The notes beneath the pieces were generated by a model. The model was not told the DNA's origin. It did no database searches and was given only the letters and a program-made list of their open reading frames with translations. A DNA stretch of 64,000 bases from positions 32,001 to 96,000 of the forward strand of contig CAVYSY010000040.1 of NCBI GenBank assembly GCA_963771175.1, read 5' to 3'. Positions 18,457 to 29,625 of this stretch are shown in pieces. The stretch comes from an uncultured delta proteobacterium. GTDB taxonomy: Bacteria; Myxococcota; Myxococcia; Myxococcales; Myxococcaceae. Position 1 is the stretch's first letter. Every line of letters starts with the position of its first letter. The position numbers were made by a program, and so were the translations under genes.

Positions 18457-19107
18457 CTAGGAATCCATCAGCCCCAGCCGGCGACGCACCGCCGCCAGCA
18501 GCCGGAAGCGCCGGGACAGCCGCCGCGCGCGCAGGGACATGTACTGCTGGTCCGGGTCCTCTCCCCGCGCCGTGCGCCACAACTCCCGCCGCTCGGGGAA
18601 GGGCAGGGCGCGCAGCAGCAACAGTCCCACCAGCGCCTGCTTCGTCTCCATCCCCGCGAAGTCCGCGGGCACCTCGTGCAGCACCGCCTCCATCAGCAGC
18701 CCGATGCGCGGGGCCAGTGTCGGCTCCACCTCGGCCAGCCGCTCCAACGAGGCCTTCAGCTGCGCGTGCCGCGTCTCCTCCCAGGTGCGCGTCCGGGCCA
18801 CCCGCCTGCCGCCCTCGCTGCCCGCGCCCGCCGAGCGCTCCTGGTACTTCTTGATCTCCGCCTCCACCTGCCTGCGGCACGCCCGGAGGCTGCGCAGCAC
18901 CGGCTCACCGGGTCGCGCGTCCCACAGCGCCTTCTCCGCCGAGCGGGCAATCCCCCGCGCCACCACCTCGAAGGGAACCCCCTGCTCGGCCCAGGACGTC
19001 AAAAGCTCCGTGTCGAGCGCGGACAGCATCAGTCCGCTCCCGCGCATCGCGAGGAAGTAGTCCTGCACCAGCTCGGCGAAGCTGGCGCTCTCGGGCAGGA
19101 GGCTCAT
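18457..19107 (-). CDS. Hypothetical protein with a DnaD/DnaB_2-like N-terminal helical region
   Basis: LSALDTELLTSWAEQGVPFEVVARGI...SLRAC resembles the DnaD domain pattern; GGAG RBS; directly upstream of the DnaC-like gene. Confidence 0.6.
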   Translation of the reverse strand: MSLLPESASFAELVQDYFLAMRGSGLMLSALDTELLTSWAEQGVPFEVVARGIARSAEKALWDARPGEPVLRSLRACRRQVEAEIKKYQERSAGAGSEGGRRVARTRTWEETRHAQLKASLERLAEVEPTLAPRIGLLMEAVLHEVPADFAGMETKQALVGLLLLRALPFPERRELWRTARGEDPDQQYMSLRARRLSRRFRLLAAVRRRLGLMDS

Positions 19108-19266
19108 GTCTTGCTACATCTCCCAGGTGGGTGACCGGACGGCCGGGCGCAAGGTCTCCCCTTACCAGCAGGCACTGACATCGCAACCCGCAAGACGCTT
19201 TTCTCACAGCCCACCTGAAAACTTTCCGGCTGGGTCCTAGCAGGCCGGCATGCCCCCAAGGGCTTG

Positions 19267-19295
19267 TTGACCGCCCACAACGCACCGCGCATAGT
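19267..19295 (+). promoter_or_regulatory. Sigma70-like promoter upstream of gltD
   Basis: TTGACC-17 nt-CATAGT. Confidence 0.45.
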
Positions 19296-19387
19296 GCGCA
19301 GCCTTCCAGATGGAAATTCCCGAAGAGTCCCGGACACTTGCCGAGCAGGCAAGGCTCCCGGCCGGCCGAATCCAGCAGAGGAAACCC

Positions 19388-22300
19388 ATGCGCCGTACGC
19401 TCCTCCTCAGCCTCCTGCTCCTGGCCTCCGTGGCCAACGCGCAGGACAAGAAAGCGCCGCGCGACGCCAACCTCGGCAAGAAGAGCTCCACTGCCGTGGT
19501 GGACAAGTCGCTCGCTGGCGACATCAGCCGCAAGAAGGAGAAGCAGGAGACCGCTCCCGCGCTCCAGTACGACCAGTTCCGGTTGGGCGTGGAGGGGCAG
19601 GTCGCCTCCAAGCGCCGCGAGCAGATCGAGTCGCTCAAGAAGATCATCTCCCTGTCCGCGGATCCGAAGGAGCAGCCCTCGCTCCTCTTCCGCCTGGGCG
19701 AGCTGTACTGGGAGGAGTCGAAGTTCTACTTCTTCGAGGCGAACCGGAAGGACGACGAGCTCATCGAGGCGATGAACCGCGGTGACGCGGCCGGCCAGAA
19801 CCGCGCCAAGGCGGGCAAGGCCGAGCTGCTCACGCGCCAGAAGCAGTACGGCAAGCTCGCCCTCGAGCAGTACACGAAGATCGTCCAGGGTTACCCGGAC
19901 TTCGAGCGCACGGACGAGGTGCTCTTCTTCCTCGGCACGTACCTGATGGAGGACGGCCAGGACCGCAAGGCGCTGGTGGCCTTCAAGCGGCTGGTGGAGA
20001 AGCACCCCAAGTCCAAGTACATCCCCGACGCCTACCTGGCCTTCGGCGAGTACTTCTTCAACAGCTCCAAGGGCAAGCGCGCGGACCTGGAGAAGGCGCT
20101 CGCCGCCTACAAGAAGGCCGCCGAGTTCCCCGAGAGCCAGGTGTACGCCTTCGCCCTCTACAAGCAGGGCTGGTGCTACTTCAACCTCGCCGACTACCCG
20201 AACGCCAAGGACAAGTGGAAGTCGGTGGTGCTCTACGGCGAGCTGGCCGGCGCGAATGCCGTGGAGAAGGACGGCAAGGCCAACAAGAAGGGCAGCTCGC
20301 TGGTGCGCGAGGCGCGCACCGACTACGTCCGTGCCTACGCTCGCGAGGGCGACGTGATGCTCGCCCGCGAGGACTTCTCCAAGGTCGCCACCAACCCGGA
20401 TGATCGCTTCGCGATGATGCGGACCCTGGCGAACCTGTACTACGACGATGGCAAGGACCGCGAGGCGGCCATCACCTACAACGCGCTCATCAAGGAGAAG
20501 CCGCTGTCGCCCGAGGCCCCGGGCTTCCAGGGCCGCATCGTCGACTTCGTCCTCCGCATGGGCAACAAGGAGCGCACCGTCACGCAGGTGCGCCGGCTCG
20601 TGAAGATCATGAAGGAGGTCGAGGCCTCCGGCGTCGTCAAGGAGGACAAGGACAAGAAGGCGCTCGCGGAGGCGAAGGAGCTGGCCGAGCGCACCCTGTC
20701 CAACCTGGCCGTCACCTGGCACAACGAGGCGAAGAAGACGCGCGACGAGGACACGTTCGCCTACGCCGACATGATCTACTCGGACTACCTCACGCTCTTC
20801 CCCGAGAACCCCAAGGCGTACGACCTGCGCTTCTTCTGGGCCGAGCTGCTCAACGACAACCTGCAGAAGTTCGACAAGGCCGCCGCCAACTACACGCTGG
20901 TGGTGCTGCAGGACGTGAAGCTGCTCGAGGCCAAGGACGAGAAGGGCAACCCCAAGCCGGGCAAGCCGGGCAAGTGGCTCAACAACGCCGCGTACAACGC
21001 CGTGCTCGCCTATGACGAGATGGTGAAGGAAGCCGAGGCCAAGGGCGCCTTCAAGGACGACGTCAGCAAGGACATCCGCAAGAAGTTCGCCATCCCCCAG
21101 GCCAAGAAGGAGCTGCTGGAGGCCTGCGAGCGCTACCTCAAGTACCTGCCCAAGGGCGACAAGCGGGTGGAGATCGCCTTCAAGGCGGCCAACATCTACT
21201 ACCGCCACAACCACTTCGACGAGGCGGTGCTGCGCTTCAGCGACATCGCCCTCGGCTCCCCGGACTACAAGTTCGAGACCGGCGAGCGCGCGGGTGAGAT
21301 CGCCGCCAACCTGATCCTCGACTCGTACAACCTGCTCGAGGACTGGTCGAAGGTGAACGAGTGGGCGCGGCGCTTCTACAACAACGAGAAGCTCGCCACC
21401 GGCAAGTTCCGCGATGAGCTCTCCAAGGTCATCGAGCAGTCGGCCTTCAAGCTGGTGAACCAGCTCGAGGCGAAGAACGAGTTCGCCAAGGCGGCCGATG
21501 CCTACCTGTCCTTCGTGGCGGACTTCCCGCAGACGGAGATCGCCGACGTGGCGCTCTTCAACGCCTCGGTGGACTACTACAAGGCGAAGATGCTGGATAA
21601 GGCCATCCAGGTCCGCCAGCGCATCATCGAGCAGTACCCCTCGTCGCGCTTCGTGCCCGAGTGCATCTACAACAACGCGGAGGCGCTGGAGGCCATCGGT
21701 GACTTCGCCGAGTCCGCGGACGTGTACGAGCAGTACGTGCGCGGCTACGAGGCCAGCCTGTCGGGTGGCAAGGGGTTCGTCGCCAAGAAGGCGCCCGCGC
21801 GCGGTGGCAAGAAGGGCAAGGGCAAGGCCGCTCCGGTGGTGTCCGACAAGCCGGGCCAGCCGCAGAAGTGGGAGGAGTCCAAGGCGCAGGTGGCGCTCTT
21901 CAACGCGGCCACCTACCGCGAGGGTCTCGCCCAGTTCAAGCAGGCGCTGACCCTGCGCGAGCACTACCTGCAGCTCTGGCCCAAGGCGAAGGACGCCGAG
22001 GACATCCTCCTGTCCATCATCAGCCTGTACGAGAAGATGGGGAACTACTTCAAGGCCATCGCCCAGCTCGAGGAGTACGAGCGCCTCTACATGCGCAGCC
22101 CGAGCAAGTTCCTCATGGCCGAGGGTCGCATCGTCGACATCTACGAGAACAAGGTGCGCCGCGCGAAGGACACCGAGCGCCTCTACAACCGCATCCTCGA
22201 CTACTACGAGAAGCTGCCGCGCCGTCTGCAGCAGTCGCTGGAGAAGCCGGCGCTGGAGGCCGTGGGCCGTGCCCAGTACCGCAGCGTGGAGCCGGACTTC

Positions 22301-22988
22301 CAGTTCTACGCGCGGCTGAAGCTCTCCTGGGGCCGTCCGCCCAGCCCGGACAAGCTCAAGGCCTCCATCAAGGAGAAGAGCGACTCTCGCGCGGTGGTGG
22401 AGAAGAAGTACGTGCAGACGGTGCAGATCGGCGCGGCCGAGCCCGCCATCTGCGCCCTCAACCGCATCGGCCTCATCTACGACAACTTCGCCGACAAGAT
22501 CATCAACGCTCCCATGCCCCCGGGCATCGACGAGGAGACGGGAGATGGCCCTGCGCGACGAGTTCAACAACCAGGCCCAGCCCCTCAAGGACAGCGCCGC
22601 CGAGGCTTTCACCAACGCGGTGGCCAAGAGCCGCGAGCTGGACGTCTACACCGCCTGCTCGTCCGAGAGCTTGAAGATGCTGCGCGACACCTACCGCCCG
22701 GACCAGTTCCCGACGATGGTCGAGGAGAAGGTGGCTCTCTCCAAGGGCCGCGATCTGGCCCTCGGTGGGGATCTGCTCACCGCCATCCAGGGCGTGCCGC
22801 CGCCCGTCGTCGAGGCGGACGCGGACGACCAGGGCAAGACCCAGGAGGCGGCCGAGGACGTGTCGGACCTCGCCAAGCGCCTCCAGCAGCAGACGGCCAC
22901 CCAGGTCGACGGCCCGAGCGCGCCCACCAAGGAGGGCACGCCCAAGAAGGCCGGGACGGATGACCAGGAGCCGGAGGACTTCCTCTAA
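19388..22988 (+). CDS. gltD: Gliding motility TPR protein GltD/AgmU; frameshift near 22541
   Basis: Signal peptide MRRTLLLSLLLLASVANA; long TPR array; first gene of the glt order; an extra G joins it to ORF 22545..22988. Confidence 0.85.
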
Positions 22989-24449
22989 TGAATCGCACCC
23001 CCATGACGCGCACACTCCTCCTGGCCGCGCTCGCGGCGCTGTTCGCCGCGGGCTGCACGGGCTCCAAGGCCACCGGCCCGACCGGTACTGGCACCACCAC
23101 GGGTGGGAAGACCGGCACGGGCAAGGCGAACGAGCCGCCGCCCATCTCCAACCGCGCCAAGCTCCTCTTCGAGGACGCGCTCGGTGCCTTCGAGGCCCAG
23201 AAGAAGGCCGGTGCCTTCGACTACCCGTCGCTCGAGCGCAAGTTCAAGGCCGCGCTGGACGCGGACCAGGACCTGGCCGAGGCCGAGTACAACCTGGGCG
23301 TCATCGCCGAGCGCCAGGGCAACTCGCAGGAGGCCGTCGCCCGCTACCAGGCAGCCCTCAAGAAGAAGCCCACGCTGCGTCAGGCCTCGGAGAACCTGGC
23401 GGTGATGGCGCAGAACGCGGGCGACATCGCCGGCGCGGTGTCCATCTACCAGGGCATCCTCAAGATGTACCCGGACGACGCCAACAGCCGCGCCCGCCTG
23501 GCGGAGATCTACCGGCAGACCGGGGACCACGATAAGGCCATGGAGTTCTCGCGCGCCGCCCTCATGCGCGAGCCCCAGTCCGTCACCGCCTACAAGGTGA
23601 TGATGCGCAGCTACCTGGAGCGCAAGCAGCTCGCCATGGCCAAGCTGGTGGCGCTGCGCGCGCTGAAGATCGACCAGAAGGATCCCGAGCTGCACCACAC
23701 CATCGGCCTGATCCTCCTGCAGGAGGAGAAGAAGGACGAGGCGCGCAGCGAGTTCAAGCTCGCCATCGAGGTCCGCGCCGACTACGTGCCCGCGCACGTG
23801 ATGATGGCCCAGCTCTCGCTCGAGGCGGAGGACTACCCCGCCGCCGAGGAGCACCTGCGCCGCATCCTCCAGGCCGACAGCAAGAACGCCGCCGCGCACC
23901 TCAACCTCGGTCTCGCCTACAAGGGCCAGGGTCAGCTCGACAAGGCCATGCAGGAGTACGACGAGGCGGAGAAGCTGGATCCGAAGATGGCCGCCGTCTT
24001 CTTCAACCGCGGCGTCCTGCTGCACCGCAACAAGGGCGCTCCGGAGCGGGCCATCGAGCTGTACCGCAAGTACATCGCCCTGTCCGGGGGCGAGGTGGCC
24101 CTCAACGCCGAGCACCCCATCTTCGGGCTGCTGCGCGAGGCGGAGTCCATCGTCCAGGCCCAGCGCGAGGCCGTCGCCGCCGAGGAGCAGGCCAAGAAGC
24201 TGGAGGAGCTCCAGAAGGCAGCAGCAGGAGCTCATGAAGGCCGAGGAGGGCAAGCAGGGCACCGTGCCCGCCGCGGGCACCGACACCCCGGCCGCGACCC
24301 AGCCCGCCGGTGGCGCCCAGCCCGCCGGTGGCGCTCAGCCCGCCGCCAACCCGCCCGCCGAGGCCCAGCCGCAGCAGCCGGCCGCCGCGCCTCAGCAGAA
24401 GAATCCAGCCAAGGCGGATCCGGCCGAGCCGTCTGACGACATCTTCTGA
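22988..24449 (+). CDS. gltE: Gliding motility TPR lipoprotein GltE/AglT; frameshift near 24218
   Basis: Lipobox FAAGC; TPR repeats; coupled to gltD (TAATG); continues in ORF 24234..24449. Confidence 0.85.
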
Positions 24450-24565
24450 CGGTGGCAGTGGCGAGGGTGGGGGGATTGATGCGAATCTTCGTCCGCTGGC
24501 GTCGGAATCCGGCGCCGGTGGACGTGACGCGGGACCCCGGTGGGGGGAACCGCTCGGAGGCAGTC

Positions 24566-24850
24566 ATGCGGAAGCTCCTGATGCTGTGCGCGGTACTCAC
24601 TGTCAGCCCGGCCCTGGCCCAGGATGAGGGCGACAGCGGCAGCGGCGGCACCACCCAGTCCGGCGGCGGTGGCAAGGCCCAGAAGGGCGGCCCGCAGACC
24701 ATCGACTTCGAGGACGACACCATCGAGGGCGACCTCACGAAGCCGGACGGCGAGTACGTCGAGGCGCGCAAGAAGGTGCAGCACTCCAACCTCATCCGTA
24801 TCCGCGAGGACTTCGAGGACAAGGTGATGCAGTCGGTGGGCGAGTTGTGA
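24566..24850 (+). CDS. gltF: Gliding motility protein GltF/CglF
   Basis: GGAGG RBS; signal peptide; IDFEDDTIEGDLTKPDG...LIRIREDF. Confidence 0.85.
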   Translation: MRKLLMLCAVLTVSPALAQDEGDSGSGGTTQSGGGGKAQKGGPQTIDFEDDTIEGDLTKPDGEYVEARKKVQHSNLIRIREDFEDKVMQSVGEL

Positions 24851-24918
24851 AAATCGTCGGGAACCCTCCGCTGCACGTGTTGTCTTAGAGATCGCCGCAA
24901 CCCAACTGGGGAATTTCC

Positions 24919-26876
24919 ATGCCCGTCCCTCTGACACTCAAGGTCTTCAAGGGCGACACGCTCGTCACCTCGAAGGACTTCGAGCGCGACATCATCAAGA
25001 TTGGCCGTCTCGCCTCGGCGCACCTGTGCCTGGAGGACGAGAAGGTCAGCCGCATCCACTCCGTCATCGAGGTGGCCGCCGACGGCAGCCTGTCCATCAT
25101 CGACATGGGCAGCGTCGAGGGCACCTACGTCAACGGCAAGCGGGTCAACAAGGGCCAGCTCTCCTTCGGTGACGAGATCAAGGTGGGTGGCACCTCCATC
25201 CGCCTGGAGAATCCCGCCGCCGTCGCCGCGGTGAACCTCGCCTCGGCCGCCACGAGCGCCGCGCCCGCTCCGGCTCCGGTCTCCCCGGCGCCCGAGGTCA
25301 CGCTGGCCGCGGGCCTGTCGCAGGCCGCCGTGTCTCCGGCCCCGGCCGCCGCCGTGACGCCCGCTCCCGTGGCGGTGGTGCAGCAGCCGGTGGCGGCCGC
25401 CCCGTCGCGGCTCCCGCTCCCGTGCAGGCGGCTCCCCGGCAGGTGGCGGCTCCCGTGGCGCCCGTCGCGGAGACCCCGGAGGCCGAGCCCGCTCCGCGCG
25501 TGCGCCGCGTGGCGCGCAAGGGCGGCGGTCCGCTCGGCGCGGGTCTGCACTTCATGTGGGGCGACCAGCGCGTGGGCGAGTTCTTCCTCGCGCCGGGCAA
25601 GAAGCACGCCTTCACCGTGGGCACGGCCAAGGGCGTCAACTTCATCATGGGCGACGCCCGGCTGGGCGGCGAGAGCTTCGAGGTGGTGCGCTCGGACGGC
25701 CAGTCCTTCTCCGTGCGCTTCACGGGCAAGATGAAGGGCGAGCTCATCCGCAAGGGTGAGAGCATGGACCTCAAGGCCGTCATCGAGTCCGGCAAGGCCA
25801 GCCACGAGGGCGAGGCCTATGCCCTCACCCTGAAGGACGATGACTTCCTCTCGGTGGACCTGGGCGGCGTGACGCTGGAGGTCGTCCTCGAGTCGGTCCC
25901 CAAGCGCGCCGTCGCGCCGCTCGGGGAGTCGGTGGACTTCTCCGTCGTCAACATCTTCCTGGTGATGTTCTTCCTCGCGTCGATGTTCGTCATCAGCGCG
26001 GCCAACCATGCCGCGGCGGGTGAGGAGTACGCGGACGAGCTGGCGGGCAGCAACGCGCGCATCGCCAAGCTCATCGTCAAGCCGCCCGAGACGCAGAAGA
26101 ACAAGTTCCTCGAGAAGCTCAACCAGCAGAAGGCGGAGAAGCAGGCCGAGAAGGCCGCCAAGGCGAAGAAGGAAGAGGGCAAGATGGGCCAGAAGGAGGC
26201 CCCCAAGCAGAACGCCCAGACCACCAACCAGGGCAAGCCCGACAAGAAGGCGGCGGCCAAGAACATGGCGGCCAAGATCTTCGGCGGGAAGGGCGGCGCC
26301 GCGAGCCTCTTCGGCGGTGGCGGCATCGGCGGTGACCTCAAGAGCGCCATGGGCAACATGTTCGGTGCCAAGGGTGGTGCCGCCGCGGGCCTCGGTGGCC
26401 TCGGCCTCAAGGGTGGTGGTGGTGGTGGCGGTGGTGGCGGTTCGACCGTCGGCATCGGCAGCGTCGGCACCAAGGGTCGTGGCGGCGGTATGGGGGGTTA
26501 CGGCACCGGCGTGGGCGGGCTGGGCGGCAAGCAGAGCGTGGAGGTGGGCATCGCGGCCGACGAGGCCACGGTGAGCGGCTCGCTCGACAAGGAGCTCATC
26601 CGCCAGGTCATCCAGCGCAACCGCGGGCAGATCCGCTACTGCTACGAGAGCCTGCTCAACCGCTTCCCGAAGCTGGGCGGTAAGGTGGCCATCCGCTTCA
26701 CCATCGCCTCCGAGGGCAACGTGGTCACTTCCTCGGTGGCCCAGTCCACCGCGGGCAACTCGGAGCTGGAGCAGTGCGTGGCCGGCCGCGTGCGCACCTG
26801 GGCCTTCCCCAAGCCCAAGGGCGGTGGCTCGGTGGTCGTCACCTATCCGTTCATCTTCAAGGCGGCAGGCGAGTAG
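24919..26876 (+). CDS. gltG: Gliding motility protein GltG (FHA, TM, Gly-rich linker, TonB-C-like); frameshift near 25401
   Basis: FHA IKIGR...VSRIH...GTYVNG; TM; C-terminal IRYCYE...FPKPKGGGSVVVTYPFIF. Confidence 0.88.
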
Positions 26877-26902
26877 TCGCTTCCGCTGAGTGAAAACATT
26901 CA

Positions 26903-26945
26903 GGTGGGCGGTTCCGTCTCGACGGGGCCGCCCATCTTGCTTTTT
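26903..26945 (+). terminator. Intrinsic terminator-like hairpin after gltG
   Basis: GGTGGGCGGTTCCGTC-TC-GACGGGGCCGCCCATC followed by TTGCTTTTT. Confidence 0.65.
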
Positions 26946-26988
26946 GACGCTGGCGTCTCCGCGCTGCTGGGCTAACGTCCGCCCTCGC

Positions 26989-27603
26989 ATGAAAGCCCTC
27001 AGCCCCTTCGTCGTTTGTGCCGCCCTGGCAATTCCCGCGCTCGCGAACGCGCAGGCTGCCGGGGACAGGCCGGCCGAAACCTTTGAGGAGATCGAGCGCG
27101 GGCTCTACTTCTCGGTGCTCGGTGGTCCCTATTTCGTCGTCAACCCTCCCGCCTCCGAGGGCCCTCGACCCTTCTCCCCCGGGCAGATGGCCCAGGTGGA
27201 GGTGGGCGTGGACATCGGCGAGCGCCTGTCGGTGGGCGCGTTCGTGATGGGCGCCTCCAATCGAGCAGGCTCGGAGTACGTGGGCGAGTCGGGCGGCACG
27301 GCCTCCGGCGACTTCTCCATGCTGGTGCCCGGAGCCCTGGCTCGCGTGCACCTGGTGGGGTTCGCCGATGCCCAGGACGTCCAGCGCACGTGGCTCTACC
27401 TCCGCGGCGGCGTCGGTTATGCCCTGTTCAGGCCGAAGCAGCTCCTGCCAGACTCCGACATTCTGGTATTCGCCGGACCGGGACTGGAGTACTACACACG
27501 GCTTCGTCACTTCTCGGTAGGTGTCGAGGTGACGGGGACCTTCCTCGTCAGGTCTCAATCATTCGGGTTCGCGGTGACGCCGAACCTTCGCTACGCGTTT
27601 TAG
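26989..27603 (+). CDS. gltH: Outer-membrane beta-barrel protein GltH/CglE
   Basis: Signal peptide; amphipathic strands; C-terminal LRYAF; position after gltG. Confidence 0.8.
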   Translation: MKALSPFVVCAALAIPALANAQAAGDRPAETFEEIERGLYFSVLGGPYFVVNPPASEGPRPFSPGQMAQVEVGVDIGERLSVGAFVMGASNRAGSEYVGESGGTASGDFSMLVPGALARVHLVGFADAQDVQRTWLYLRGGVGYALFRPKQLLPDSDILVFAGPGLEYYTRLRHFSVGVEVTGTFLVRSQSFGFAVTPNLRYAF

Positions 27604-27615
27604 CGGGAGAATCAC

Positions 27616-29526
27616 GTGCCTCAGGAGAATGGAAGCGGTGGGCCGCGCGGTGGTGGGCGGGGTCGGGACGGCGGTGCTCCCGGCCAGGGTCCGCGCCGTG
27701 ACGGTCCAGGTGGTGGTTTTGGTGGTCGCGATGGCGGTCGCGGTGGTCGGGGCGATGGCCCTGGCGGACGCGGCGGCCGGGGTCGCGATCGGGATCAGGG
27801 CCCCGTCGGTCCGGGCCAGCGAGTCATCGCCGAGCTGAGCACCCTGGAGAAGGCGCTCGGCAAGAGCGACTTCGCGGCCCAGAAGGCGCCGCTCGAGACG
27901 ATCGTCCGCTCGCTGCGGTCCATGCGGGTGAAGTCGATCGACGACCTGGAGCTCAACGTCAAGGGTCGGCTCATCACCACGCTGCTGCGCGTGCAGCGCC
28001 AGACGAAGCCATCCATGCCGGAGGCCGGTGCGGAGGCCCCTGCCGAGACGCCCGCGGCCACCGAGGCACCCGAGGCCACCGAGGCGGCGCCGTCCGCCGA
28101 GGGTGCGGCCCCTCAGGAGCAGGCCGAGGGTGCACCCGCCGAGGGTGCCGCTCCGGCCGCCCCCGCGGCGGATCCGGCGAAGGAGAAGTTCAACGCCTAC
28201 GTGGACGTCATGTACCTGGTGGGTCGCGCCTGGCGCGCCGCCGGGGATCAGGAGCGTGCCGCGGCGGCCTTCGCGCTGAGCGGGCGTGAGCCGCAGCCGG
28301 AGCGCGAGGAGCCCGCCGCCAAGCCCGCCGGGGAGCGTCGCGAGGGCCGCGAGGGTGAGCGTCGCGAGCGCCGTGAGCGTGGCCCCGAGGGTGAGCGCCG
28401 CGAGCGCCGTGAGGGTCGCGAGGGCGGCCGTGAGGGTGAGCGTCGCGAGCGCCGTGAGCGTGGCCCCGAGGGTGAGCGTCGGGGCGAGCGCCGTGAGCGG
28501 GGCGAGCGTGAGCGCCAGCCCCTGCCCGAGCTGACGGGCGACTGGAAGGAGCAGTCGAAGCAGCTCGAGGCCATGGGCCGTACCCGGGACGCGGCGCGCA
28601 TGCACGAGCGCAACAACTCCTTCGCCGATGCCGCCCGGCTCTTCGAGGCCGGTGGGGACCTGCGGAGCGCGCTGCGTGCCGCTCTGGCGGGCAAGGACAA
28701 CGACACCGCCCGCCGCCTCATGGCGACGGTGCCCGCCGATCAGCTCTCCCAGGTGCTCGAGAAGGCGGGCGCCTACGAGCTGCTGATGGAGATCTACATC
28801 GGCAAGGGCGACTTCGAGAACGTCGCCCGGCTCTACGAGCGGGCCCGTCAGTTCGACCAGGCGGCGCTCGCCTACGAGCGTGCCGGGAAGCTGGCGCTGG
28901 CTCGCAAGGCGTATGAGCGCACCCGCGACTTCGCGGCGGCCAACCGCATCCGCGACCTCGAGGTGAAGGCCCTGGTGGAGCGGGGCGACCGACTCGGCGC
29001 CGCCACCCTGCTGGTGAGCGCCGGCCGCCGCGCCGAGGCAGTGGAGGTGCTCGGTTCGCTGCCTCCGCCCAAGGCCTTCCACTTCCTCCAGCGGCTGAAG
29101 CTGGAGGAGGAGGCCAAGGCGCTCGGTCAGAAGGAACTGGCCCGCGCCGAGGCGGAGAACAAGCCGGCCGGCCGCGCCCGGTGGCTGGAGCTGCTCGGAG
29201 AGGCCGCGACCGCCGCGACCCTCTACGAGGAGATCGGCCGCAAGGAGAAGGCCATGGGGCTGTACGAGCAGATCGGCCACCTGCCGAAGGCCGCCGCCCT
29301 CGCCGAGGAGCTGCAGCTGCGTGACCGGGCGATCGCCCTGTACACGAAGCTCGGCGACAACGCGGGCGTGGAGCGCGCCCAGGGCCTGCCCGCCACGCCG
29401 CCGCCCAAGCGTCCCGCGGATGCCGCCGCGGCCGCCGAAGAGGCTGAAGAGACTGGCTCCGAGGGGTCGGCGGGTTCGGAAGTGGACTCGTCCGCTCCTG
29501 CTGCAAACAAGCAAGAAAGCCAATAA
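27616..29526 (+). CDS. Helical-repeat protein with an RGG-rich N-terminus and an E/R-rich low-complexity region (syntenic with M. xanthus agmV, unverified)
   Basis: GTG after GGAG; repeated AA.LYE.AG motifs; between gltH and gltI. Confidence 0.75.
   Translation: MPQENGSGGPRGGGRGRDGGAPGQGPRRDGPGGGFGGRDGGRGGRGDGPGGRGGRGRDRDQGPVGPGQRVIAELSTLEKALGKSDFAAQKAPLETIVRSLRSMRVKSIDDLELNVKGRLITTLLRVQRQTKPSMPEAGAEAPAETPAATEAPEATEAAPSAEGAAPQEQAEGAPAEGAAPAAPAADPAKEKFNAYVDVMYLVGRAWRAAGDQERAAAAFALSGREPQPEREEPAAKPAGERREGREGERRERRERGPEGERRERREGREGGREGERRERRERGPEGERRGERRERGERERQPLPELTGDWKEQSKQLEAMGRTRDAARMHERNNSFADAARLFEAGGDLRSALRAALAGKDNDTARRLMATVPADQLSQVLEKAGAYELLMEIYIGKGDFENVARLYERARQFDQAALAYERAGKLALARKAYERTRDFAAANRIRDLEVKALVERGDRLGAATLLVSAGRRAEAVEVLGSLPPPKAFHFLQRLKLEEEAKALGQKELARAEAENKPAGRARWLELLGEAATAATLYEEIGRKEKAMGLYEQIGHLPKAAALAEELQLRDRAIALYTKLGDNAGVERAQGLPATPPPKRPADAAAAAEEAEETGSEGSAGSEVDSSAPAANKQESQ
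28333..28515 (+). repeat. Coding tandem repeats (ERRE/EGERR), including a 47-bp direct repeat
   Basis: GAGGGTGAGCGTCGCGAGCGCCGTGAGCGTGGCCCCGAGGGTGAGCG at 28351-28397 and 28432-28478. Confidence 0.85.
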
Positions 29527-29560
29527 ATCTCGACAGTTGGCGGGATTTACATGATTGCTG

Positions 29561-29608
29561 GGGGCGGTGAGCGGGCGATAGAGTGCCGCTCGCCGCCCCT
29601 TTCCTTTT
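29561..29608 (+). terminator. Terminator-like hairpin just upstream of gltI
   Basis: GGGGCGGTGAGCGG / CCGCTCGCCGCCCC stem followed by TTTCCTTTT. Confidence 0.55.
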
Positions 29609-29625
29609 CGTGAGGCCCGCCTTTC

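Noticed and set aside
18905..22627. 1240-aa minus-strand ORF, and similar long antisense ORFs such as 27559..30810 and 14824..17265
   Set aside because: They mirror genuine plus-strand genes and show the typical high-GC artefact composition.
28333..28515. Regularly repeated DNA as a possible CRISPR array
   Set aside because: The repeats are in-frame codon-level duplications with no unique spacers and no cas genes nearby.
29537..29560. Sigma54 promoter (TTGGCG...TTGCT) before gltI
   Set aside because: The GG to GC spacing does not match the required -24/-12 geometry.
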